Positions 1 through 7,780 of a stretch of 20,000 bases of DNA are shown here, piece by piece. The position numbers and the translations under genes are program-made. Source of the stretch: an uncultured virus (IMG/VR IMGVR_UViG_3300031851_003023). Its lineage: Duplodnaviria; Heunggongvirae; Uroviricota; Caudoviricetes. Positions within the stretch are counted from its first letter, which is position 1; each line of letters begins with the position of its first letter. The DNA lies in IMG/VR virus record IMGVR_UViG_3300031851_003023; one strand, given 5' to 3'. A model generated the notes under the pieces. It was not told the origin of the DNA. It saw nothing but the letters and a program-made list of their open reading frames with translations, and did no database searches.

Positions 1-15
1 GAACCAGGTGAAGAA

Positions 16-252
16 ATGAGTAAGTTTCAAGAGAAGTATTTGAAGCCTACTTATTTCAAGCCTAAAGGTCATTGGATGGTAGGTACTGTTTGGCCTGTAA
101 AAGGTTCTAAAGATAATGAATATAGTGTAGAACTTACAGACAAAGGTTTTACATGTGACTGTACTGGCTTTACTTTTAGAGGTAAGTGTAAGCACAGCAC
201 AGGTATTAACGAAAGAGTAGAAAGGGCAATGGATTATGATTTCAGCATATAA
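16..252 (+). CDS. SWIM-type zinc finger protein
   Basis: 78 aa; YSVELTDKGFTCDCTGFTFRGKCKH fits the SWIM CxC-x(n)-CxH pattern; SD-like AGGTGA upstream. Confidence 0.75.
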   Translation: MSKFQEKYLKPTYFKPKGHWMVGTVWPVKGSKDNEYSVELTDKGFTCDCTGFTFRGKCKHSTGINERVERAMDYDFSI

Positions 253-526
253 AGACTTAGAGTTTATTCAAACAATAAACCCAATAGGAATACAATCAAA
301 AGTACAGTTTGGCGGATACATGTTAAGTATTGTAAAGAACGAAGTTTCATATGGCGGCGAAGAAGGACTGTATGAAATCGCTGTATACAAAGGTGATTTC
401 CAAGAAGAACTACCTGGCATTACTAATGATAATGATACAGTAAAAGGCTTCTTGACATCCGTTGATGTTGATGCTATAATAAAGAAAATGTACTTAGTAA
501 CAGGAACAGAGGGCAAACAAATATGA
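236..526 (+). CDS. hypothetical phage protein
   Basis: 96 aa ORF overlapping both neighbours (ATGA overlap with the ligase start); no recognised motif. Confidence 0.7.
   Translation: MISAYKDLEFIQTINPIGIQSKVQFGGYMLSIVKNEVSYGGEEGLYEIAVYKGDFQEELPGITNDNDTVKGFLTSVDVDAIIKKMYLVTGTEGKQI
452..480 (+). promoter_or_regulatory. sigma70-type (early) promoter for DNA ligase
   Basis: TTGACA (452-457), 17-nt spacer, TATAAT (475-480) with extended -10 TGn; 42 nt upstream of the ligase ATG. Confidence 0.85.
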
Positions 527-1830
527 GAACACAACCACAAGATATAATTGCAAGGCTAGAAGCTGACAATAGTAAGCTCGCCAAACAAGCAATTTTAAAA
601 GAAGCACTTGAAGAAGGTGTACCAGAGTTTTTCGAAGGTATTACAATGGCACTTGATGCTCTTGTTACTTTTGGTGTTAAGCAAGTACCTGAGCGTTCAG
701 ACGTACTAACCGGACAAGGTCTTTCGTGGCCAGTGTTCAAAGAGCTTGCTGATAAACTTGCCAATCGTGAACTAACAGGACATGCGGCACGTGATGCTAT
801 CGAACTTGCAATGGGTGTTGCTACTACAGAACAGTGGAATGGCTTTTACAGACGTATCTTAATCAAAGACTTACGATGCGGAATGAGCGAAAGGACTGTT
901 AACAAAGTAGCACCAGGTACTGTTCCTGTGTTTACATGTAGCCTAGCACATGACTCAGCCAAGCATGAAAAGAAAATGGTTGGTAAGAAACAAATTGAAA
1001 TCAAACTAGATGGTGTAAGAGTTATTACTATCATCCGTGATAATAAAGTAGAAATGTTTAGCCGTAATGGTAAACAGTTTCATAACTTTGGTCACATCAT
1101 TGAAGAAATTCAAACAGTAATTAAAGACCACCCTGTACCTTATCCGCTAGTATTAGACGGAGAGGTAATGAGTGCTAACTTCCAAGACCTTATGAAACAA
1201 GTACATCGTAAAGATGGTAAACAAACTACTGATGCTGTATTGCATTTGTTTGATACTATTCCATTAGGCTGTTTTAACGCAGGTAGTTGGGATAAGCCAC
1301 AGAGCTTTAGAAGCCAAATTACTAAGCATTGGGTAGAAGACCATGCAGACGTCTTAGAGCACGTACAAGCGTTGGATTGGGAAGATGTAGACTTAGACAC
1401 TCCTGAAGGCCAAGAACGCTTTGTAGCGTTAAATAAAGCGGCTGTAGACGGTGGTTACGAAGGAGTTATGATTAAGGACATTGATGCTCCTTATGAATGT
1501 AAGCGAACTCATGCATGGCTTAAAGCAAAGCCGTTCATTGAGGTAACATTGGAGGTTAAGGATGTCGAAGAAGGAACAGGACGAAACGAAGGACGACTTG
1601 GTGCATTTGTTTGTGAAGGAATTGATGACGGAAAGAAAATTAGTGTTAATGTCGGTAGTGGCTTTACTGATGCTAATCGTGACGACTTTTGGGATAGTCG
1701 CACTGATATCACAGGTCAACTTGTAGAAGTAAGAGCTGATGCTGTAACACAAAACCAAGACGGAACATACAGTTTAAGGTTCCCAAGATTCAAAACATTT
1801 AGAGGCTTCGAGCCTGGAGAAAAGATATAA
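523..1830 (+). CDS. lig: ATP-dependent DNA ligase
   Basis: 435 aa; motif I EIKLDGVR (KxDG), III LDGE, IIIa LHLFD, IV EGVMIK, V WLKAK, VI SLRFPRF; OB-fold VGSGFTD. Confidence 0.95.
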   Translation: MRTQPQDIIARLEADNSKLAKQAILKEALEEGVPEFFEGITMALDALVTFGVKQVPERSDVLTGQGLSWPVFKELADKLANRELTGHAARDAIELAMGVATTEQWNGFYRRILIKDLRCGMSERTVNKVAPGTVPVFTCSLAHDSAKHEKKMVGKKQIEIKLDGVRVITIIRDNKVEMFSRNGKQFHNFGHIIEEIQTVIKDHPVPYPLVLDGEVMSANFQDLMKQVHRKDGKQTTDAVLHLFDTIPLGCFNAGSWDKPQSFRSQITKHWVEDHADVLEHVQALDWEDVDLDTPEGQERFVALNKAAVDGGYEGVMIKDIDAPYECKRTHAWLKAKPFIEVTLEVKDVEEGTGRNEGRLGAFVCEGIDDGKKISVNVGSGFTDANRDDFWDSRTDITGQLVEVRADAVTQNQDGTYSLRFPRFKTFRGFEPGEKI

Positions 1831-1931
1831 TGAATGATATTGAAATATTATTTGTTAGTCTACTAGTTGTTACATGGGCCGCATATGGTATGCATGTAAT
1901 AAAAGAGTTCATTAGAAATCATATTGATTAG
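1830..1931 (+). CDS. small membrane protein (33 aa)
   Basis: Not in ORF track. MNDIEILFVSLLVVTWAAYGMHVIKEFIRNHID; TAATG overlap with the ligase stop, GGAG SD at 1816-1819, one hydrophobic stretch. Confidence 0.6.
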   Translation: MNDIEILFVSLLVVTWAAYGMHVIKEFIRNHID

Positions 1932-1941
1932 GAGAAAGGAA

Positions 1942-2352
1942 ATGATACAACCAAACTTAAAAAAGCCAAGTCTATTTAGACGAACTGTAATGAGTCTCGT
2001 AAGTGGCTGGAGACGTGTAATGAGTGTTAAGTACAATCCATTAAAGTATATTCCAGACCCTAGTTTACAGACTTATTTTATGTTAGTGCTGTTTACTATT
2101 TGGAGTGTATGGTTTGGATTCTTAGCGGCAAACTACCTAGGGTGGTTTAATTATAATACAGTAGCAAGTATTATTGTTCACTTTGCAATTTTAGTACCAC
2201 TAGCAATGACTAATGCAATCTTTGTTGATGCAGAACGTGATGGACACAAATGGTTAAAGGAATGGAAAGAAGAACAGTCAAGGTACAACATTGTTGTTAA
2301 TAGACTCAAGACTAAGAACTTAACTATTTGGAACCCTAACAAAGAGGCATAG
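1942..2352 (+). CDS. hypothetical membrane protein (about 2 TM segments)
   Basis: ATG at 1942 follows AGGAGAAAGGA, preferred over the TTG at 1924; hydrophobic segments YFMLVLFTIWSVWFGFLAA and VASIIVHFAILVPLAM. Confidence 0.75.
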   Translation: MIQPNLKKPSLFRRTVMSLVSGWRRVMSVKYNPLKYIPDPSLQTYFMLVLFTIWSVWFGFLAANYLGWFNYNTVASIIVHFAILVPLAMTNAIFVDAERDGHKWLKEWKEEQSRYNIVVNRLKTKNLTIWNPNKEA

Positions 2353-2353
2353 A

Positions 2354-2470
2354 ATGGAAAATTTAGGATTAATTATTGGAATAGGCTGTGTAATGATGTG
2401 TCCAATGATATTTGGCGCAATCACAGCAATCAAGTCAATTGAAGCATCTAAAATGTGGTGGGAAGAATGA
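2354..2470 (+). CDS. small membrane protein (38 aa)
   Basis: Not in ORF track. MENLGLIIGIGCVMMCPMIFGAITAIKSIEASKMWWEE; GAGG SD upstream; fills the gap exactly, with ATGA overlap to the next gene. Confidence 0.6.
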   Translation: MENLGLIIGIGCVMMCPMIFGAITAIKSIEASKMWWEE

Positions 2471-2700
2471 AAAAGATTATGTACTTTATTAAATGGAACT
2501 TTACTGGTATGCAAGGATATTCAATACGTTATCTTTCATACTTCGCACTAGGATGTGCGGCTGTACTCGCACTTGGAGGAGAGTATTTCTACATTGCTCC
2601 AGCATTTATGTTTATTGACTTTACAGTAGACATCGTTCGTCAACGTTATCAAGACTTCAAAGACGAACAACAAAAACTCATCGACGACTTATCTAAGTAA
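2467..2700 (+). CDS. hypothetical membrane protein
   Basis: Start at the ATG 2467 (ATGA overlap) preferred; hydrophobic YLSYFALGCAAVLALGGEYFYIAPAFMFI followed by a charged tail. Confidence 0.65.
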   Translation: MKKIMYFIKWNFTGMQGYSIRYLSYFALGCAAVLALGGEYFYIAPAFMFIDFTVDIVRQRYQDFKDEQQKLIDDLSK

Positions 2701-2936
2701 TGGAACGGCTTGTCTTACACACCTTTGCAATGGGGGATGTGGAAGACCCCGACCTTTACGTTTCTCCCGCAATATACGAATGGCAACAGACTCCAAAAGG
2801 CAAGTGGGCAATGAAACACGGTAATGAGTTAAAATACCACATTTACCCTGATGATCACTCAATGGGATATAAAGTAAAAGTAACAGGACTGTTTGAAGAC
2901 AAGCATTTAACGTATTTAAGACTAATTAATACTTGA
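2700..2936 (+). CDS. hypothetical phage protein
   Basis: 78 aa; TAATG overlap with the previous stop; no function recognised. Confidence 0.7.
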   Translation: MERLVLHTFAMGDVEDPDLYVSPAIYEWQQTPKGKWAMKHGNELKYHIYPDDHSMGYKVKVTGLFEDKHLTYLRLINT

Positions 2937-2961
2937 CTTTTTGCGTTAAGGCATATATACT
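2933..2961 (+). promoter_or_regulatory. sigma70-type promoter
   Basis: TTGACT (2933-2938), 17-nt spacer, TATACT (2956-2961); followed by SD GGAG and the ATG at 2991. Confidence 0.75.
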
Positions 2962-2990
2962 TTTTGTAAAGCATTTGGAGAACTAGAAAA

Positions 2991-4292
2991 ATGGCATTGC
3001 CAAAAACTAAAAGAAAGAAGCCTAGAGCCGCACCACGCATACAACGAGGAGCCAAACTTAAAGAGCCGGATTGGGAAGGCTGGGAAGAATGGACCGGCGA
3101 AGCAATACATAGACATCGTCGGTATGTACACTCTTGGTACTACGAGCATTTCAAGCCAGTAGACTTGTATGCTAACGTTCCTAAGTGGATGGCTGACAAC
3201 GAATATTCTAAAGACGATATTAAGGCTGTTAAAGCTGCACCCAATAATGCGTTAAGTATAACAGCGGGCATTGTAGCACGAATGGATACCAAAGGTGCAC
3301 CTAGACTAAACAAGAAAGAAGCAGATCACTGGCTAAGTTTGCCAGGCACTGGTGGAGAACTAACTTGTGGTGTAGATAAATTCTTACGTAACTCTGTTGC
3401 TAAATGTATTGAAATTGGTAAAAAAGTACTAGCAGACAAAAAAGAAGAACAAGAAGTAGAAGCAAAGACTCTTGCAAAGCCAGTACTAACGATTCAAGAT
3501 CGTATTCTGATGCAGGCTCATGCATCATGCGAAGCTATTGATCTTTGGCTAGACGGATTTATTAATGACCCAGACGATTTTAAAATAGACAGTTTAGATA
3601 TTAATGTACACTTTATTAAAGAGAAAGTGACACAAGCACATGCTAGAAAAATTAAAGACATTTATAAAGCAGAAATAGATGAAGTAGTTGAATGGCACAA
3701 TATGCCTACACCAGCAAAGCTAAAGAAGATGGATGAGCATGAAGCTGATATGTGGGCACAACTTAAAGAAGGTTACGATCATAGATCTAAGAAACAAATG
3801 GCGTTATTGCTCAAAGCATTAGAAAAGATAATGACATCATGTGACATGGTTATTGAAAGTGCAAAAGCAACACGTAGGCCACGTAAGGCTAAAGTGTACA
3901 GTGCTGAAAAATTAGTACAAAAGCTCAAGTTTAAGAAGCAAGATGATAAGTTTGGACTTGTTAGTATTAATCCTGCAGACATTATATACGCAAACGAGCT
4001 TTGGGTGTTTAACACTAAGACACGTAAGATAGGCAAGTATGTTGCTAAAGATCCTGATCCGCAAAAAATGCAACGACCAGGCAGTGGACTTCAAGTTAAA
4101 GGTACTACAATTATAGGATTCCACGAAGAAGAAAGTATACAAAAGACTATGCGTAAGCCTGCAGACCAATTAAAAGAGTTTAAAGGCGCAGGTAAAGTAG
4201 CTTTACGTAAATTTATGGACGAAATTAAGACTACAGACACAAAACTTAATGGTCGCATAAATGCGGAAACAGTGCTACTCAAGGTAATCTGA
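2991..4292 (+). CDS. large basic hypothetical protein of unknown function
   Basis: 433 aa ORF with its own promoter and SD; Lys/Arg-rich N-terminus; globular-looking C-terminus (LWVFNTKTRKIGKY...KGTTIIGF...LNGRIN). Confidence 0.85.
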   Translation: MALPKTKRKKPRAAPRIQRGAKLKEPDWEGWEEWTGEAIHRHRRYVHSWYYEHFKPVDLYANVPKWMADNEYSKDDIKAVKAAPNNALSITAGIVARMDTKGAPRLNKKEADHWLSLPGTGGELTCGVDKFLRNSVAKCIEIGKKVLADKKEEQEVEAKTLAKPVLTIQDRILMQAHASCEAIDLWLDGFINDPDDFKIDSLDINVHFIKEKVTQAHARKIKDIYKAEIDEVVEWHNMPTPAKLKKMDEHEADMWAQLKEGYDHRSKKQMALLLKALEKIMTSCDMVIESAKATRRPRKAKVYSAEKLVQKLKFKKQDDKFGLVSINPADIIYANELWVFNTKTRKIGKYVAKDPDPQKMQRPGSGLQVKGTTIIGFHEEESIQKTMRKPADQLKEFKGAGKVALRKFMDEIKTTDTKLNGRINAETVLLKVI

Positions 4293-4298
4293 TAAATA
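4292..4298 (+). promoter_or_regulatory. T4-late-like promoter box ATAAATA
   Basis: ATAAATA 5 nt before the ATG at 4304; resembles the T4 gp55 late promoter TATAAATA; motif recurs before several genes. Confidence 0.6.
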
Positions 4299-4303
4299 CT
4301 TAC

Positions 4304-5437
4304 ATGAAGCAACTAGATCCCAATAAAGTCCGTATCGCTGTAGAAGGACTACCAATTTTAGCAGAAGTAGTTGATGCTTTATCTAGCATCGACCAGACGC
4401 CTGATATGTCCAAACTAGCACTAAACAGTCTTAGTGGGGATTTAATCCAAGGCGGAACAATATCAAAATTTAAAAGTACCGGCATTAAAGACGAGTCTAG
4501 TAGGCTAGTTGTTTTTGTTAATGACGATGGTATAGTAACTGATACTATTGATGTTGAAACACTTATAGGCGATACTAACGTAGCAGGAGACTTACATGTA
4601 GATGGCGAAATATACGCTAAAAAATTACATGTTGATGAAGTAACAGCAGACGTTAGAAACGAACGTTCGGGACCATTAGAGTTTAATGACAAAGATGGTA
4701 CCATTTATAACAAAGGATTACTTTGGATTAAAGAAGGTTCGCCAACTAAGCAATTAGTTTATAGAGCTAATCCAGATAGACTTTGGAGTAGTGATTCAAT
4801 AGACTTACACACAGAGGCTGCTTATTATGTAAACGGCAACTATGTGTTAAACAAAGACTCATTAGGACCAGATGTTAAAACAAGTAGTTTGAAGCAAGTT
4901 GGTGTTCTTAATGATCTAAAAGTTAAAGGTAATGTAGCACTTAGTCAACACTTATTTTGGAACGCAGATGCAGACCGTTTAGGACTAGGTACTGATGCAC
5001 CAAATGGTGCAATAGGTGTTATGGGCTTTGACTCAGAATTTATAATAGATGTAGATCAGCCTGAAATTAAAATAGGTACGTATACTACACATGATTTACA
5101 AATCGTTACTGATGATTCTCCCCGTATCACTATATCAGCTAACGGTAAAATACACTTAGGTAACAAAGGAAGTGCTGATGCTAAAGTAAGCATACACGGA
5201 CAACTAGGTGTAGGTGTTAACACAGTCCCTGAAGGAGTAAGTCTTTCAGTAGCAGGACCAATAAAGTTTGAAAACAAAATGTTCCAAACTGGTGAAGGTA
5301 CACCAACAGACGGACAATACCGCAAAGGTGACATTGTTTGGAATGACGACCCTAAACCAACTAGTTATGTAGGGTGGGTTTGTGTAAGAGAAGGGACACC
5401 AGGCGAGTGGAAGCCGTTTGGGCAGATATCTTCTTAG
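4304..5437 (+). CDS. putative virion structural / tail fibre-like protein
   Basis: 377 aa; Gly-rich beta-strand repeats (VAGDLHVDG, RLGLGTDAP, QLGVGVNT); C-terminal GQYRKGDIVWNDDP...GWVCVREGTPGEWKPFGQI resembles fibre/tailspike C-termini; preceded by a late-like box. Confidence 0.65.
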   Translation: MKQLDPNKVRIAVEGLPILAEVVDALSSIDQTPDMSKLALNSLSGDLIQGGTISKFKSTGIKDESSRLVVFVNDDGIVTDTIDVETLIGDTNVAGDLHVDGEIYAKKLHVDEVTADVRNERSGPLEFNDKDGTIYNKGLLWIKEGSPTKQLVYRANPDRLWSSDSIDLHTEAAYYVNGNYVLNKDSLGPDVKTSSLKQVGVLNDLKVKGNVALSQHLFWNADADRLGLGTDAPNGAIGVMGFDSEFIIDVDQPEIKIGTYTTHDLQIVTDDSPRITISANGKIHLGNKGSADAKVSIHGQLGVGVNTVPEGVSLSVAGPIKFENKMFQTGEGTPTDGQYRKGDIVWNDDPKPTSYVGWVCVREGTPGEWKPFGQISS

Positions 5438-5470
5438 ATAAACAACCACAAAACATTTTTCAACACTACC

Positions 5471-5477
5471 ATAAATA
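5471..5477 (+). promoter_or_regulatory. T4-late-like promoter box ATAAATA
   Basis: Intergenic ATAAATA upstream of SD GAGGGAG and the ATG at 5518. Confidence 0.5.
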
Positions 5478-5517
5478 TTAATGCTAGAGTACATATTACT
5501 TTAGAGAGGGAGATTAT

Positions 5518-5832
5518 ATGGATAAAAAAATAAAAGACACATTAGCACAGGCATCTTACTGGGCATACGCCGCATGGACATTTCCATTCGTAGCGTTGGC
5601 TCTTGTTATAGGCGAAACTCTAATAGGCCACGAAACATGGATGGGCGCAATGGCCATCGCTGTAGTAATTACGTTTGTAATTACAAGTGTATTTTGGTGG
5701 TGGTGGGCACTAAGCAAAATTGTGTTTATGATAAAAGCCACACAACAAGTTGAAGAAAACTTTAATGAACTTAAGAGCGAACTTACTCGTTTAAGTATAG
5801 ATATAAACCAAGCCAAAAATAAAAATAAATAA
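5518..5832 (+). CDS. two-TM membrane protein with C-terminal coiled coil
   Basis: 104 aa; two hydrophobic helices, a WWWW tract, then a heptad-like tail; strong SD. Confidence 0.75.
   Translation: MDKKIKDTLAQASYWAYAAWTFPFVALALVIGETLIGHETWMGAMAIAVVITFVITSVFWWWWALSKIVFMIKATQQVEENFNELKSELTRLSIDINQAKNKNK
5825..5831 (+). promoter_or_regulatory. T4-late-like promoter box ATAAATA
   Basis: ATAAATA exactly 5 nt before the SD-less ATG at 5837. Confidence 0.55.
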
Positions 5833-5836
5833 TTAC

Positions 5837-6433
5837 ATGTATGTATTTGGAAACGGTGAAAGCCGAAAAGGCTTCGACATCTCATATTGCTTTGGACCCA
5901 AGGTAGGGTGTAATGCAATTATGCGCGACTATCAAATGGACCATCTTGTATGTGTAGATAAACGTATGGTTGAAGAAGCAGTAGCACAAGGCGTAAATGT
6001 TGATACAAAAGTATACACTAGGCACGACTGGTTTCCACGTTTTAAGAAACACAAGAACATAAGACAACTACCTGACTTGCCTTACAAAGGTAATGAACGT
6101 TGGGACGAACCATTCCAATGGGGTAGCGGTCCTTATGCTGTTCTTATTGCTGCACAAAAGGCCAAGAACGAAACAGTTCATTTAATAGGCTTTGATATGT
6201 ATAGCAATACGTCAACTGTTAATAACGTTTATAAAGATTCTAGAAACTATGATAGAGCAGACAAACGTGCTGTAGATCCTCGTTACTGGATACATCAAAT
6301 AGGCAAAGTATTTGAATGTTATGCAAAAACTAACTTTGTAGTATATGAATTACATGAAAAAATGCAAAAAGCCTGGAATTACCCTAATGTTTCTCTTGAC
6401 AAACTAAGTAACATACGTTATAATAGTAACTAA
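5837..6433 (+). CDS. Maf/DUF115 (MptE-like) or GT29/GT42-fold nucleotide-dependent transferase
   Basis: 198 aa; motifs VFGNGESR, VGCNA, LVCVD, WGSGPYA, HLIGFD match the GNGxS...CN...D...SG...GFD pattern of this fold; substrate unknown. Confidence 0.6.
   Translation: MYVFGNGESRKGFDISYCFGPKVGCNAIMRDYQMDHLVCVDKRMVEEAVAQGVNVDTKVYTRHDWFPRFKKHKNIRQLPDLPYKGNERWDEPFQWGSGPYAVLIAAQKAKNETVHLIGFDMYSNTSTVNNVYKDSRNYDRADKRAVDPRYWIHQIGKVFECYAKTNFVVYELHEKMQKAWNYPNVSLDKLSNIRYNSN
6396..6424 (+). promoter_or_regulatory. perfect sigma70 promoter for the queD leader
   Basis: TTGACA (6396-6401), 17-nt spacer, TATAAT (6419-6424); predicted start near 6430-6432. Confidence 0.9.
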
Positions 6434-6436
6434 TAC

Positions 6437-6493
6437 AGAGGACTTTAATACGTCGACCCTCTTTAAATACTCCGCCGTTATTTATATAGGAGA
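6437..6493 (+). ncRNA. candidate preQ1-I-like riboswitch (variant) in the queD 5' UTR
   Basis: Stem AGAGG (6437-6441)/CCTCT (6458-6462), loop ending in AC, A-rich tail TTAAATACT; located at the 5' end of the predicted transcript and directly upstream of queD. Confidence 0.6.
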
Positions 6494-6498
6494 ATAAC

Positions 6499-6978
6499 AT
6501 GGCTTATTACAGCACTAAAACATACGGACACAACATCGGACTATCAGCGGTGTTCCGTCAACCTAAGGCAATGCATTCACATTGTCATTTACTTCATGGA
6601 TATAGTTTACAATTTAAATTTGTATTTGGATGTGCAGACCTAGATGAGAAAAACTGGGCTGTTGACTTTGGCGGATTGAAACCGTTGAAGGCTTGGCTAG
6701 AAGATAGTTTTGATCACAAGACAGCAATTGATATTGCTGATCCAGAATTAGAAACTTTTAAGGCACTAGAAGAAAAAGGTCTAGCAGAGATTAGAACTTT
6801 TGATGGTGTTGGTTGTGAGAAGTTTGCATATCACGCATGGAAGTTTGCTGATCAACTTATTAGAGAAATTAGCGATGGACGTTGTTGGTGTGAATCAGCT
6901 GAATGTGCAGAGCATGGTGCTAACAGTGCAATCTATACACCATACTCAGTACAAAAGATGTCACACGTAGATGGCTAA
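6499..6978 (+). CDS. queD: QueD-like 6-carboxytetrahydropterin synthase (PTPS family)
   Basis: 159 aa; HCHLLHGY, VDFGGLK, FDHK, GCEKFA and terminal E..ANSAIY follow the PTPS/QueD T-fold pattern; SD AGGAG. Confidence 0.85.
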   Translation: MAYYSTKTYGHNIGLSAVFRQPKAMHSHCHLLHGYSLQFKFVFGCADLDEKNWAVDFGGLKPLKAWLEDSFDHKTAIDIADPELETFKALEEKGLAEIRTFDGVGCEKFAYHAWKFADQLIREISDGRCWCESAECAEHGANSAIYTPYSVQKMSHVDG

Positions 6979-7780
6979 GATAGACAAGAGTCAGTATACC
7001 AAAGAAGAATGGCTTGCAATAAAAGCAGAACGTAGAGAAGCAAAGTCTGCTAAACACGTAAGCAAACTCCCACAGGACTATTATATTTTGTGTCTGAAAC
7101 ACGGCACAAAATATTCTAGTGATTATGTTAACAAACTTTATAACATGATCAAACGAAACTGTACTCTCGACTATAAATTTGCATGTTTAACAGATGATCC
7201 TATGGATCTTAATCCTGACATACAAGTACTTGACTTACCCAAAGGATTACCTGGATGGTGGAACAAGCCATACATGTTTACAAAAGACTTGCCTATCAAA
7301 GGCACAATACTATACTTGGACTTAGATGTTGTTATAAGCGGTAACATTGATAAACTTCTTACATGGCAGCCTAATCATTGGTGCATAGTAAAAGACTATA
7401 CACGAGCAATGAGACCAAACTACAAAAAGTACAATAGTTCAATTGTTAAATTTAAAACAGGCGAACTTGATTTTGTTTGGGAAACATATAAGAAAGATCC
7501 TGTAAAGTATCAGAAGTTATTCTTTGGCGATCAAGATTACTTGTATGATGTTACATGCAAAACAAAAGCAGCAATGTTGTATCCAGACAGCTGGACACAA
7601 AGTTGGAAATGGGAAGTAAGAAAGTCTAAAGACTTTAAACCTGGCGGTGTTAGGGGACAAAGAGAATTCAAAGAAGTTGAATCTGTTGTACCAAGAATAG
7701 AATGTTGCGTATGTGTTTTTCATGGAGACCCTAATCCAGAAAACTGTTACGATCCATGGGTGGTAGAAAATTGGCGATAA
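6971..7780 (+). CDS. GT-A fold glycosyltransferase (GT8-like)
   Basis: 269 aa; CLKHGTKY, CLTD, GWWNK, LYLDLDVV (DxD), YNSS, GDQD, VFHGDPNP; overlaps the end of queD. Confidence 0.8.
   Translation: MAKIDKSQYTKEEWLAIKAERREAKSAKHVSKLPQDYYILCLKHGTKYSSDYVNKLYNMIKRNCTLDYKFACLTDDPMDLNPDIQVLDLPKGLPGWWNKPYMFTKDLPIKGTILYLDLDVVISGNIDKLLTWQPNHWCIVKDYTRAMRPNYKKYNSSIVKFKTGELDFVWETYKKDPVKYQKLFFGDQDYLYDVTCKTKAAMLYPDSWTQSWKWEVRKSKDFKPGGVRGQREFKEVESVVPRIECCVCVFHGDPNPENCYDPWVVENWR

Noticed and set aside
5860..5874. Hairpin AAGCC-GAAAA-GGCTT
   Set aside because: 5-bp stem within coding sequence and no U-tract; not a credible terminator.
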